From the NCBI GenBank assembly GCA_951406725.2, contig OX597825.1, forward strand, positions 47,244,001 through 47,308,000: a stretch of 64,000 bases of DNA, read 5' to 3'. This DNA comes from Octopus vulgaris. Its lineage: Eukaryota. Positions within the stretch are counted from its first letter, which is position 1. Each line of letters begins with the position of its first letter. Shown in pieces: positions 11,630 through 24,829 of the stretch. A program made the position numbers and the translations under genes. The notes beneath the pieces are model-generated. The model saw only the letters and a list, made by a program, of their open reading frames with translations. It did not search any database and was not told where the DNA came from.

Positions 11630-14250
11630 AGAAAGGATAATGTCCATGGCTTTTGCAGGCCTCCTAGGTTGGTAAGTCAACACATAGGGAAAGCATATGA
11701 ATATGTAGGAAATCTGTGAGTGCAGAAGGACTGTGCGAAGTAAATACTACTTGATTTAGAGCTAGATACAACACGGGAAATGAGTAAAGGGGAAACAAAT
11801 AGAATGCGAATATTTGAGTGAAGCTGGCAAGAACCCAACCAGTTCTGATTAGGGGTATAATTATAGTAGCGGTATAATAGGTAGAATGAGGTGGCAGTAT
11901 GGCTTCGGGCCAGAGGCCGGAATGTATCTGTGTATTGTTTGAAGCCAGTCAGTTGGGTGCCATTTCTGGATGTAGCCTTGGATGTCTGTATGAGGAGTAG
12001 CAGCAACAGTAGCAGCTGCACCATCCTACATATGCGTGAGAAGCTCTAAAGTGGTTTTCACCTAAGATTTATAGTGTGACAATAATTGCTGTGATCTGAA
12101 GAATCTTCGTGTTCTGAATAGAAGAACCAGTCTATGGTGTATTGTTCTGTGTTAAGGATGTGCTTTCGCCAGGAGAGTTTTTCAGTAATAGTGAGACCGA
12201 AAAATTGTGAGAACTGTAGTTGAGTGCTGTTCATGAATAAGTGGGTGTGATGCGCTGACGTTTTCTTAATATGAGTAACGTTTGAACCTTCAACCTTTTG
12301 AAAAGTACGAGATTTGTATATCATCATTTGAGGTGCTTTTGAGGTCTCTTCGTAGAATCATAGAGTTACTATATGTTTTGAAAGTGATATCTAGGTTGCA
12401 AGTAAGTAATGCATGGATGGACAATGTTACGGAGGAATGAAGGACAGTGTCATCTAGGAAGAATGGTCTTGTTCGATGTGACGGCAAGTCATTGATATTT
12501 AGCAAGAAAAGAATGGGAAGGGGACAAAATCGAACCCCAGTGCATGCCATATTTAAAAGAATGTACAACAAAGTGCTCTGTCAATATGTGGCAATAATGT
12601 AATTTGACAGGAAGCTACCGATATAAGAAATAGCAAACATAGGCAGACGTTTCGATAGGAGATTCGCATGTGACGCAGAGTCAAAATCCTTACTGATGTC
12701 GAGGGTGACAACAGAACCATAAGTAGGTCACTAGTGGGTTTAGGTTTACGAAACTGCAGTAGTGGTAATTAAAAAAAGGATAGAGAGATTCAATGTTTCT
12801 GGAGGATGTCATTTATAACAGCAGACGCCATTACCTCAAAGATGTTAGAAGTGAGTGCATTAGTGCGACAGTCAGCAGTGTCAAAGCAGTTGTCTACCTA
12901 GGGGCCACACTGTAGTGTGTTTCCAAAGATCAGAGTAAATACCTGTTGAGAGGGAGAGATTCAGGTATTTGGTGTAGGTATAAGTGCTAATTATGGGGTG
13001 ACGTGTTTGAGGTTAATTGAAAGGACACCGTCAAGATTCTAACCAAGCTGGTTTCAAGTGACAAAAGGTATTTGGCGTCTGTGATTATAAGGTGGTGGAC
13101 CTGGATAAGGGAAAGGGCTAGAAAGAGATTTGCTAAGTAAGTACTTGTGGTCTTGGCTGAAAAACGCTGGTATGTAGTGGAGGAGAGAAGGTAATATAAA
13201 GTTGCCGGGAATTCTTTTGGTAAAGGACCAAAATAATCGACTGTAGTTTAGAAGGCGAGGTAACTTGAGAAGTGTAGGAAACACAGTTACCATTCTTGGT
13301 CCGGATAATGGCCTTGCATATGTGGCATTTCTGGGTAATTGCTACCCTGTTTTTAAGGCTGGCTCCACATTGTAAGCCCTGCTTTTCTTCTGAATAGTTG
13401 CAACACAAGTTTGAGAGAACCTCTTGGAAGAATTGGAGTATTTGATTTTTGTTGTATGCAACAAATAAACGGACAAGTATCACACAAGAGCCTAGCTGCT
13501 TGATAGGTCAAGAGTGAAGCACATATGCTGCCATGAGTAATCTACATAAAACTGGTGGAGTTTGATTCAGATCATAAAATCAGTCGGCTAGCTTGAAATA
13601 ACACGGAGCGTAGGATGTAGAAGGTTCTGTGAAGTATATGAATGAAATTTGTTGGGAGAGTCTTCAGGTAACATCATAGTGCGGAAGGAGTTTATAGTTT
13701 TAAATACCTTAGTTTAGGATGTGAGAAAGAGATCTGAGTCGATCTAAGATGTGTATAGCACACGAGACAAGTTGGGGAAACGAAATGAGGATTGTAAATG
13801 ACTTGAGTTTCTGTACTGCTGCTATCAGTGCGACGTAAATTAAAGAATCATGTGAAGTTGTGAATGTAGAAATCAATAACTTCTGAGAGGGGTGGGATGA
13901 GAAATATGATTTCAATGCAGGGAGAGATAATGTCAATGAAATTCAAATACTTCGAGGGCTCAGAAGAGCGATAAGGGTACAGATGTATTTGGGAGAGAGT
14001 GAAAGAGACTTTGATCCTCCAGATTAGCTGGAACTGTTTTATTGCTGATATCTAGGTGAGAAAGGGGAATGGCAGGGAGTGCGGAGTCAATGAACTTATC
14101 AAATGTAGGCTGGAGAGAGAGTTTAAGAGGTACGGGTCTCAAAATGGAAAAGGATGTAATCTGCATATGAGAAGGATATAATGAGTAAAATTTAGATCGA
14201 ATAAAATTAACAAATATTGAAATGGGAATAGAAAATTGTCTAGACAGTTT
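11630..14250 (-). mobile_element. Decayed LINE (CR1/Jockey-like) ORF2 with APE and RT remnants
   Basis: Minus strand has GVRFCPLPILFLLNINDLP...FFLDDTVLHS (degenerate GVPQGS..P.LF..IND / FADD), FFGLTITEKLSWRKHI and FYLLYRYY; many stops and frameshifts. Confidence 0.75.
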
Positions 14251-14992
14251 ACTTCTAGGTCTTTTGGTAGAGGAAGAATAAAATGCAGTGCATTAAAAGC
14301 TCGTGGTAACCATCAGCTGGAGGTTTGGAGCGAATGGCTTGCAAAAGAGCAAACTCCACTTAATGACAGCTACAAAATTAAAATAATGAATGCGAATGAA
14401 ATATTTACTTCATATAAAAATATCAATCAAGATTGAAATTTCAATATATTACTTTTTTCTAGATAATGATTTACATATTTCCCTTCAATTACAAATTTTA
14501 TACCAAAAAATAGTAAATTTCAAAGTATTGTAAAGATTATATAATGAAATATTCAGGCAAACGATAAAAGCATTTATGGTTCAACATTTATCACATTAAA
14601 TTTTGATACATATATTTTTACTTTAAAATAAAGATTGGGCAAAACTGTGTTTCAAGTAAGGTTATCTACGATTTTGTATATACTATGTGTGCTGTTGCTA
14701 TGGATATGAACTTATCTTGCCTCAAAGTGTCTATACGCGCATGTTTGTATGTTTACATACACACACATACGCACACACCACACACACATACACACGTACG
14801 TGTGCGCGCACACACAAACACGCACTCATACAAAAATGCCCGCGCACACCCATATATATATATATACATATAAATGGTGGGGTATGGATGTATATCTAAG
14901 TATATTTCAACGTATGTATGCATGTACAAATGTATGTATGTATCTACGTATGTATACAAGGTATGAATATATGCGTTTGCGTATGTATATAT

Positions 14993-15029
<37 letters not shown>

Positions 15030-16429
15030 ATACATATATGATATATGTTTAGTTATATGTACACATATGTACTACATTATTACACATACACTCACGCATA
15101 TATATATACACACACTCACAAATATATATGCGTGTGTGTGTGAGTGTGTGTATATGTGTGCGCATATGTGTGTGTGTGTTTGTGTTTTCTGCGTGTGTTT
15201 GTATGAAAAGTGTTATCGAAGGCGATAGCAAATTGTGTAGAAATTTTGATATTAGAAATAATAGTAAAATATCAAAATGTTGCCTTAGAAATGTTTAAGT
15301 AGCCTTGGTAGAATTATTTTGCATAGTCTGTACAGGATTAATTTAATACTTTGAAAGCAACATTTCAATTCCTTTGGTATACTCACCGTTTTTATGTTCA
15401 ATGCACTAACAATTGCTATCGCCTTCTAGAAAACTAATTTACTATGTATTCCACTATGCTTCTAACAAACTACAACTATATACGAAAATACAGACATTCC
15501 TATATGTACGCATTCATATATATATATATATATGTATATGTATGTGCGTTTATGTGTGCATGTGTGATTGTGTTTGTGGGTATGATGCGCACGACCATAT
15601 TGTGCATTTGTTTTTATACACAGTAAATGTTTTTTACAAGCAACATTCTTCTATTGTCCTTGATGTCAAATACATTAGGACTAATAGTAAGTATACTCGG
15701 ATGTTTTATCTGTTTACCATATACTTAAATGTTAATGAGTGATGAGATGGTATCACATCAATTTCTCAACGTCTTGCACACCTTAAATAAGGTTTCTGTC
15801 GTGGCTACCATATTTTACTATTTTCTTGTCTATAAAACGACAGGTTAATTCTTTGTATTAAAATTCCTGTTTATTAATTTTTGTCTATGAAGTTTCAAAT
15901 ATTTTTCATATCTCTTCAAAATATTTTCTTAATGTTTTCTCATGTACGTTTAAGCATGCGCACAGAGCATCGTTATCATGATGCATTGTTAATGGCCTGT
16001 TAAAACTCGCAAACGTTTCAAAACTTTAGAAGTTTTTGTGCATTGTGTAAGTACCAACCTATTGTGTTAAGTGGATATAGCTTATGGTGTTAATTTTGTT
16101 ATACAACTGCGAAGATTTAAAAAGAAAGTTTGATTGCGATTCTTACTATGTATTTTTTATTTCATGTTCTAAAAAATTTTTTTCATAACGGCACACAATT
16201 TGGTTTAGACATATTTTTATTAGTTTGTATATGCATTATCTGATTTCATTTGAGAATACTTAAATGTGGTTAATTTCATATTGAAATTATAGTTTTGTCA
16301 ACTAACTTATTCATAACTCCATTGTTACTTTTTTCGTCCTCTTCTGAGTAGCGATTTGACAATAAATTTAGTGCAGATCGGCAAGGTCATTCAGTACATG
16401 GAGAAAATGCTATTTTATTTATCAAATTT

Positions 16430-16618
16430 TGGCACAAGTTCGGAGAAGGGAGGAGTCGATTACATCGACCCCAGTGCTCAACTGGTACTTATTTTATCGA
16501 CCCCAAAAGAATGAAAGGTAAAGTTGACTTCGGCAAAATTTGAACTCAGATCGTAAAAACGGACGACATGCCACTAAATATTTTCCCGGCGCGGTTTCGA
16601 TTCCACCAGTTCGCCGCC
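16430..16618 (-). mobile_element. tRNA-derived SINE, family A
   Basis: Minus strand begins GGCGGCGAACTGG.. with a B-box-like GAGTTCAAAT and a core GGGGTCGATAAAATAAGTACCAG; second copy at 58463-58738. Confidence 0.75.
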
Positions 16619-17129
16619 TCCGGTTCACAGAAAAGCATAATTGAATATAAATCAAAAAATTTTGAAAGTCATATCTCTCTTTCGGGAGATTTTAATACAA
16701 TGACATGAAGTAGAATAAAAATTAGTGAAGATTTGACACTGAAGAAAAAATATTTAATATGGCCAAATAGGGTTACAGTTTCAGAATTAAAGAGCGCGCA
16801 ATATGCACATATATTCACACAAATGCACATGCATACATAAATATATGCCAATGATGGCGTAACTGGCCGAAACTTTGAAATCTCTGTTAATGATATTCTC
16901 GTTTAAGAATAAACTTGTACTCTACAAAACTATAGAGTAACCCCTCTGATTAACGTAAAATATTATTATAACTAAATATTAACTTAATACACACACATAC
17001 ACACACACACACACATACACACATGAGAGAAGATTTATTAATCATGCTTACTTATATTTTATTTATCAAATACATACATACATACATACATACATACATA
17101 CATACATACATACATACATACATACGTAC

Positions 17130-17180
<51 letters not shown>

Positions 17181-17413
17181 CTGAAGGTTCAGTAAACCTT
17201 CAGCTTTTAACAGCTAGGCCATTGGTGCTGAATTGATGTTAATTAAATTAATATCAAATTTCTCCCCTCATTTTAAATTTATATATATATATATATATAT
17301 ACACATAGTAAACAAATGAAATATATATATATGTATATACATATGTATAGCTATCTATCTGTCTGTCTGTATGTATATATAAATACATACATACATATAT
17401 ATATATGTATATG

Positions 17414-17481
<68 letters not shown>

Positions 17482-17816
17482 AAACAATACTGGGAGGATA
17501 AGAGATGGAACGAAGTGAAAATTCGAACGAACCCGACGCGAAGCGCTGTCAGACAATAGTGTAATAAACAAAATATATGCATACATACAAACATATATGT
17601 ACGTACCGACATCTACATGTATATATACATGCATATATAAATATATATACGTACAGGACACCACAAAAAGACGTAAAACTCAACAGAAACGAAAACGAAA
17701 AAGCCATTTTGTTACAACAGAAAGACAGAGACGTGGAACAGGACAAGAACGAAAACGGGAAAAACATTATTTACAACAGAAAAATAAGGTACAGGACATG
17801 CTACACAAGGAAAAAT

Positions 17817-17874
17817 CTCCTTCATCAGCTGTCACTAGTAGACTTGGCGTGTTTCGAAGGCAAGACAGGACACG
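17817..17874 (-). ncRNA. Candidate non-circularly permuted hammerhead ribozyme (copy 1)
   Basis: Reverse complement of 18896-18953; here the stem II strand is GGAG pairing with CUUC. Confidence 0.6.
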
Positions 17875-18895
17875 ACTTGTCAATACTAGGCCTTCCTGCG
17901 AGAGAATTCAAATAAAATAACCTCGCACAATAGAACTGCACAATAAAATACAAGATAAAAATACATGTACAAGAAATACAAAACGAAAAATAAAATACAA
18001 TACGAGAAATCAAAATAAACAAGAAAACAAACGAAAAAAACAAACGAAGGCCTTTGTTCTGGCTGGGACGGAAGAGGTACTGGCGAGCGCATGGAAACAT
18101 GACCTTACGGCCTGAAAGCAACGTGCAAAAGGATTAGCAGTGACGAAAGTGAGGAGGAGTGAGAGAGAGAGAGAGAGAGATAGATAGAGGAAGACACGCG
18201 GCTGAGAGAAGGATGAGGAAGAGGGAGAGAGAGGAGAAGGTAAAGCAAAGGGAGAGAATTTCCTGTCATAATTATATTATAAAACAATACTGGGAGGATA
18301 AGAGACGGAACGAAGCGAAAATTCGAACGAACCCGACGCGAAGCGCTGTCAGACAATAGCGTAATAAATAAAATATATGCATACATACAAACATATATGT
18401 ACGTACCGACATCTACATGTATATATACATGCATATATAAATATATATACGTACAGGACACCACAAAAGACGTAAAACTCAACAGAAACGAAAACTGAAA
18501 AGCCATTTTGTTACAACAGAAAGACAGAGACGTGGAACAGGACCCTCTCTCTCTCCCTCTTCCTCATCCTTCTCTCAGCCACGTGTCTTCCTCTATATAT
18601 CTCTCTCTCTCTCCTCCTCACTTTCGTCACTGCTAATCCTTTTGCACGTTGCTTTCAGGCCGTAAGGTCATGTTTCCATGCGCTCGCCAGTACCTCTTCC
18701 GTCCCAGCCAGAACAAAGGCTTTCGTTTGTTTTTTTCGTTTGTTTTCTTGTTTATTTTGATTTTTCGTATTGTATTTTATTTCTCGTTTTGTATTTCTTG
18801 TACATGTATTTTTATCTTGTATTTTATTGTGCAGTTCTATTGTGCGAGGTTATTTTATTTGAATTCTCTCGCAGGAAGGCCTAGTATTGACAAGT

Positions 18896-18953
18896 CGTGT
18901 CCTGTCTTGCCTTCGAAACACGCCAAGTCTACTAGTGACAGCTGATGAAGGGG
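18896..18953 (+). ncRNA. Candidate non-circularly permuted hammerhead ribozyme (copy 2)
   Basis: CGUGU-C-CUGUC-uugc-CUUC-GAA-ACACG-14 nt-GACAG-CUGAUGA-A-GGGG. Stem III CGUGU/ACACG, stem I CUGUC/GACAG, stem II GGGG/CUUC, GUC cleavage triplet. Confidence 0.6.
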
Positions 18954-19208
18954 ATTTTTCCTTGTGTAGCATGTCCTGTACCTTATTTTTCTGTTGTAAA
19001 CAATGTTTTTCCCGTTTTCGTTCTCGTCCTGTTCCACATCTCTGTCTTTCTGTTGTAACAAAACGACTTTTCCGTTTTCGTTTCTGTTGAGTTTTACGTC
19101 TTTTTGTGGTGTCCTGTACGTATATATATTTATATATGCATGTATATATACATGTAGATGTCGGTACGTACATATATGTTTGCATGTATGCATATATTTT
19201 ATTTATTA

Positions 19209-19250
<42 letters not shown>

Positions 19251-19317
19251 AATAAATAAGATACATATATATATGTATGTATATACGTATATAGATACAT
19301 AGATGTATATAATATAC

Positions 19318-19980
19318 TAGGGGAAGTCAAGAATTATCTGCACTTTGTTCAAAACTTTCTTTTGGTTTGTTGCCGTAAGTGCTTGTGGGCTAAAAGCTGG
19401 TTCTTGTGGCTTACGTAAGAAAGGTTAGAATTGTTCATTTCTGTTTTCGTTCTTGAAGAAACATGACCGATTTCTCTGGTTTGGAGGTGTGTCAGGTGTT
19501 GAAATTTATTGAAAGTTTTCAATACAATAAGGGGATAATGCACTGCCGCGTAGAAGTGTGTATGAATGGATTGAGAAGTTTTAAAATGTCTGGCCAAGCG
19601 CAAAGCACGAAGAGAGTGTAGGACGTACATCAATTTCCACCACAGACATGGAAAAATAACAACCTCAAGAGATGGTTCTGGCGAACCGACGATGACCATC
19701 GATGAGGTGGCTTCTTCTCCGAAAATTAGTCATGGTGTTGCATGCAAAATCATCCACGACAAACTTCGCTTCCATAGGGTCTGTGCGAGATGGGTGCCAA
19801 GAGAGCTTATCGAGGCGTATAATCGCAATCGTGTGGAGATCGGTAAGCGCTCACTCCATTGTAAGGCGAATTCGTTTAAGAGTATAGAAGATGAGATGTG
19901 TGTCCATCACTTTGAGCCGGAATCCAAAAGGCAGAATATGCATTGGAAAATCAAAATCCAGAACCAACACCCCTCATATT
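19318..19980 (+). mobile_element. Decayed mariner transposon, 5' part
   Basis: MTIDEVA..ISHG..CKIIHDKLRFHRVCARWVPREL..DEMCVHHFEPESKRQ (WVPxxL motif and first catalytic D region); truncated. Confidence 0.85.
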
Positions 19981-20273
19981 AAATATTTCTTCAGATTTGC
20001 TACTACCTACATACCGAACCTTACAAATGTAAGAGGGAGGGAGAGAGAGAGAGAAAAAGAGAGACAGACAGACAGAAAAAAGGAAAATGTCTCACGATGG
20101 AAATATTTTTTTTTAAATGTCATTTAATTTTTCTACAATTTGATTGTTTATCATGCTTGAAAAGGTCGCAAGTACTGAAACCAGTACTAAAATGTTCTTC
20201 CTGATAAAATTATTTTAGCATTTTCTACCTCGTCCTATTTTCCTTATACATAACAGGTGTGTTACTTTTCAAC

Positions 20274-20345
<72 letters not shown>

Positions 20346-20403
20346 CACACATATTCTTTCATTCTTTTACTTGTTTCTGTCATATGACTACGGTCATACA
20401 TAC

Positions 20404-20459
<56 letters not shown>

Positions 20460-20464
<5 letters not shown>

Positions 20465-20576
20465 GGTTTCTTTCAGTTTCCGTCAACCAGATCCTTTCAG
20501 AAGGCTTCCCCAAGGTGCCACGCAGTGGTCTGAACCTGCAATTAAAGGAAATTTCTTACCCCACAGTTACGCCTGC

Positions 20577-20642
<66 letters not shown>

Positions 20643-20865
20643 GTATATATATACATACATACTTACATAGAGAAACATACACACACATGTGTGTGTATAT
20701 ATATATATACGACGTGCTTCTTTCAGTTTCTGTTGACGAAATCCACTCACTAGGCATTGGTCGGCCCGAAGCTATAGCAGAAGACAGTTGCCCAAGGTAG
20801 CACACAGTGGAACTGAACCTGGACCCTTGTAGTTGGGAAGCAAGCTTTTTACCGCACAACCACTT
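20460..20865 (-). mobile_element. Two partial family-B SINE heads
   Basis: Match the 5' half of the full copy at 37700-38082 (CTTTCAGTTTC.., CCCAAGGTGCCACGCAGTGG..TGAACC). Confidence 0.7.
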
Positions 20866-20894
20866 CAACACACACACACTTAGTAAATAAAAAA

Positions 20895-21100
20895 AAGAAG
20901 AAACACAAAACACACAACAACGCGACGATGTGGTACATGTAAAGTATTAACAGACGCTCAGGGAAGAAAAGAAAGATGGTTTAACGGTTCGAGCAGACGC
21001 TGTTCTTCGGAAACAGAAGAAAGTTCAATTAAAAAGAAGACGGAGGAAGAAAATCATCAACGATTCACGTGGTTACAATTTGAAATGACCGGAAGGGAAT
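20895..21100 (-). mobile_element. Short PLE-type repeat with a degenerate hammerhead (family also at 35590-35810 and 48230-48570)
   Basis: Minus strand GTTT-CCGAAGA-A-CAGC..GCTC-GAAC-CGTT-AAAC plus the shared CCTGAGCGTC..TAATACTTTA..CCAC.TC flank. Confidence 0.6.
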
Positions 21101-21678
21101 AGGTGAAGAAAAAGTTCTTTCTAAGAAGGATGTATGTGCGTGCGAGCAAGGCTGTGTGTGTGTGCATGTCTATGTGCCTGTGTTTGTAGTAGCACGTGTG
21201 TGTGCGTATTTTGTACGTGTGTGCATGTATGTATATGTTTTGGGTGGTGGATTGTGTGTGGAGTATATGTGTGTTCCTCTGTGTGTGAGTGTATGTGTGC
21301 GTGCGTGTGCGTGTATGTGCGTGTGTGTATATGCCGATGTATGTGTAATTGTGTGCGTGTATGTATAAGTGTGTATTGTGTGGGGGGAGGTATGTGTGAG
21401 TTCATATGCGTGTGTGTATGTGTGTGCGTATATATATATATATGTGTGTCTATGTGTGTGTGCATTAAAAAATGGAAATTATTTGTTTGTAAGCTTAGAA
21501 TAGTTTTTTTATTAACCATATATTATTGAAAATGCATTCATAAATAAAGCACAGAACTGGGAATGGTTATTATCAGTTTAGCCTAGAGACAAGTAAATTC
21601 GGTCGAGCCTAGAGACAAGTTAATTAGACTTAAGTTGTCTCCTGGAACCAATTAACGACGTAGGGTGAGGTATGCCTG

Positions 21679-21714
<36 letters not shown>

Positions 21715-23066
21715 CACACAAACACACACACACACACACACACATGAATTAGTTAAAAGGATTTAATAGAATCAAGGTACATCATCACGTACGACGCCAG
21801 AGATGGATAAGTACAATAATATTGGGTCGACAGTAAGCATATTCAAAATCACTTACCTAAGTTTATTTATCGCTAATATTGCCGCTGAGAACATACAAGA
21901 ATCATGCTGTAGACTTGAGATATTAAAAGTCATCGTAACCAAGCAGATATTCTACCGGTTAAGTGAGTATATACAGATATATACCTATATACCTACACAT
22001 TTATTCACACACATACACACATGCACTATATAAATACATATGTCGGCATTTATACATATTCAGTCAGACGTGTACAGACATACAGATAGGCTTGCATGCA
22101 TTTACGTGTGTATATACGATGATGATTGTGATAATGATGATAAACGAGAAGCGGCAGTGATATATACATATATACATACATACATATATATATATATAAA
22201 TATATATATATATATTGGTAAAACGGTAAGATAACAAAAGAAAGAAAGATACCCCAATATTATGTAAATAGAGAAATTTATCAATAAAATATGTTACATT
22301 TACTCAATAGTCAAGATAAAACTCTGAGTTTCAGATGCCGAAGTGGAAATCCACAACACCATCTCTTCGGTTATCTGGTCATCTGAAAAACGCTATGAAA
22401 AAATACCGTTATATAAAGGGAAATTACTGTGTTATAATTCTGCTCGCGAACCCACGTGCGTACTTATACGTCCCTATGAAAACGTACACATCTTCACTCG
22501 CATTTTTCGCCAAATATATACGCATATATATACAAACTCATACACACACACATGCGTACCGTAAAAGTTCATACATACGTCTATATACGCACAAGCACAA
22601 GAAAAATCATGGTTAAAGGTAACAGAAAAAAACATAAGGAAGTATACAAAACATAAAAACCACATTCATATACGGACATGCCCCTATGCACTCATACACA
22701 CACACGCCCATATATGTACATACCCGCACATATTTATATACGCATACATACACACGCATATACAAAAAATGAATATACATATGTCCCCCCCCCAAAAAAA
22801 AAGGAAAAATACTAAGTAAAAACGTCTATATATATATATGTGCATTCTTATGCCCGCATACACGCACACATCTAAAACTGCCCACTCATACATATTCACA
22901 CACGTGTACAAATGAATCTATATACACATCTATATAGGCACAGGAAAAAATGCAGGATAGAAAAGTACAGAAAAAATTAAAGTGTGAAAATATAAAAATA
23001 TATATGAAATAATAAAAGGTATAATGAGATAAAAAACTTTTTGGGACATAATATAGAAAGCAAGTT

Positions 23067-23655
23067 CTATCTGTTTTCTTTAGGGGACCAAAAACGTAAC
23101 AAAAATTTAGTCACATATGGGCATGAACCGAAAAGTTCTGTCCTTGAGTTTAGACATGTAGTAGTGTCTAAGCTGCTTTTCCAGATAAGCCATCTCTCCA
23201 TGTCGCATAGACCGCACCTTCCGCTGCCGTTGGTGTAGGGCTTACATTCGGCCAAAATCTTCCAATGGATGTTATAATCGACACCTTTATCTTTTAGCCC
23301 AACAGTAAGGCCCACGTATTTCTTCGTCGAAACGGTGTCTTTAGTGGTTATAGAGTCCACGGTAGCTTTATAGATGATGGTCTCGGACATGCAAGCTCCA
23401 TCTAGCGGGCACAATTTTTTATTCCTGCATGAACAGCTGTTTTCTTGTTGTGGTTTTTGTGTGATTATATTTTTAAAATTGGTTGTAGAACTAAAACTAA
23501 TTCTTAAATTGTGTTTATTGAAGAGTTTCCTATAAGTATGGTTAAGTGGAAAATGTCTATCTATCATTGTTAAGAAATATATACCTATATTGAAGGTCAC
23601 CTCGGGTGAGTAAGGGGGTGTAAACCAGATGAACTTCCTATTTCTATTTTTCCTC
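23067..23655 (-). pseudogene. PLE linker and GIY-YIG endonuclease, internally deleted
   Basis: RKFIWFTPPYS..NIG..FL..IDRHFP..H.YRKLFN..SCSCRNKKLCPLDGACMSETIIYKA..KKYVGLT|..WKIL..CKPY..RCGLCDME..LNSRTELFGSC. The FK.R..H segment after YVGLT is missing. Confidence 0.88.
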
Positions 23656-24592
23656 TTCTTTACTGTTGGGCTAAAAGATAAAGGTGTCGATTATAACATC
23701 CATTGGAAGATTTTGGCCGAATGTAAGCCCTACACCAACGGCAGCGGAAGGTGCGGTCTATGCGACATGGAGAGATGGCTTATCTGGAAAAGCAGCTTAG
23801 ACCCTACTACATGTCTAAACTCAAGGACAGAACTTTTCGGTTCATGCCCATATGTGACTAAATTTTTGTTACGTTTTTGGTCCCCTAAAGAAAACAGATA
23901 GAACTTGCTTTCTATATTATGTCCCAAAAAGTTTTTTATCGCATTATACCTTTTATTATTTCATATATATTTTTATATTTTCACACTTTAATTTTTTCTG
24001 TACTTTTCTATCCTGCATTTTTTCCTGTGCCTATATAGATGTGTATATAGATTCATTTGTACACGTGTGTGAATATGTATGAGTGGGCAGTTTTAGATGT
24101 GTGCGTGTATGCGGGCATAAGAATGCACATATATATATATAGACGTTTTTACTTAGTATTTTTCCTTTTTTTTGGGGGGGGGGGACATATGTATATTCAT
24201 TTTTTGTATATGCGTGTGTATGTATGCGTATATAAATATGTGCGGGTATGTACATATATGGGCGTGTGTGTGTATGAGTGCATAGGGGCATGTCCGTATA
24301 TGAATGTGGTTTTTATGTTTTGTATACTTCCTTATGTTTTTTTCTGTTACCTTTAACCATGATTTTTCTTGTGCTTGTGCGTATATAGACGTATGTATGA
24401 ACTTTTACGGTACGCATGTGTGTGTGTATGAGTTTGTATATATATGCGTATATATTTGGCGAAAAATGCGAGTGAAGATGTGTACGTTTTCATAGGGACG
24501 TATAAGTACGCACGTGGGTTCGCGAGCAGAATTATAACACAGTAATTTCCCTTTATATAACGGTATTTTTTCATAGCGTTTTTCAGATGGCC

Positions 24593-24655
24593 AGATAACC
24601 GAAGAGATGGTGTTGTGGATTTCCACTTCGGCATCTGAAACTCAGAGTTTTATCT
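24593..24655 (+). ncRNA. Type I hammerhead motif with U4->C change (mirror copy 22314-22376, -)
   Basis: AGAUAA-CCGAAGA-GAUG..CAUC-U-GAAA-CUCAGAG-UU-UUAUCU. Confidence 0.7.
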
Positions 24656-24677
24656 TGACTATTGAGTAAATGTAACA

Positions 24678-24825
<148 letters not shown>

Positions 24826-24829
24826 TATA

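Larger units (their letters stand above)
17478..19213. mobile_element. Young non-autonomous PLE-like element: ~800-bp unit, partial tandem copy and ~670-bp inverted copy
   Basis: 17478-17743 is repeated directly at 18278-18543; 17557-18235 is inverted at 18544-19213; copies are nearly identical; flanked by (TA)n; no real ORF. Confidence 0.8.

Noticed and set aside
16560-16618. tRNA-like A/B boxes
   Set aside because: SINE heads without a full cloverleaf; not tRNA genes
17181-17205. Small hairpin CTGAAGGTT/AACCTTCAG
   Set aside because: 9-bp stem with no GAAA or cleavage strand; could arise by chance
18881-18935. Alternative reading as an ordinary type I hammerhead (CUAGUA/UACUAG stem I, UUGACAA core)
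   Set aside because: Needs two core mutations and has no credible stem II; the permuted model uses a perfect core with three stems. Kept only as a competing fold
17577-19266. Pairs of identical ~100-aa ORFs on opposite strands
   Set aside because: Produced by the inverted duplication; compositionally biased and without domain motifs
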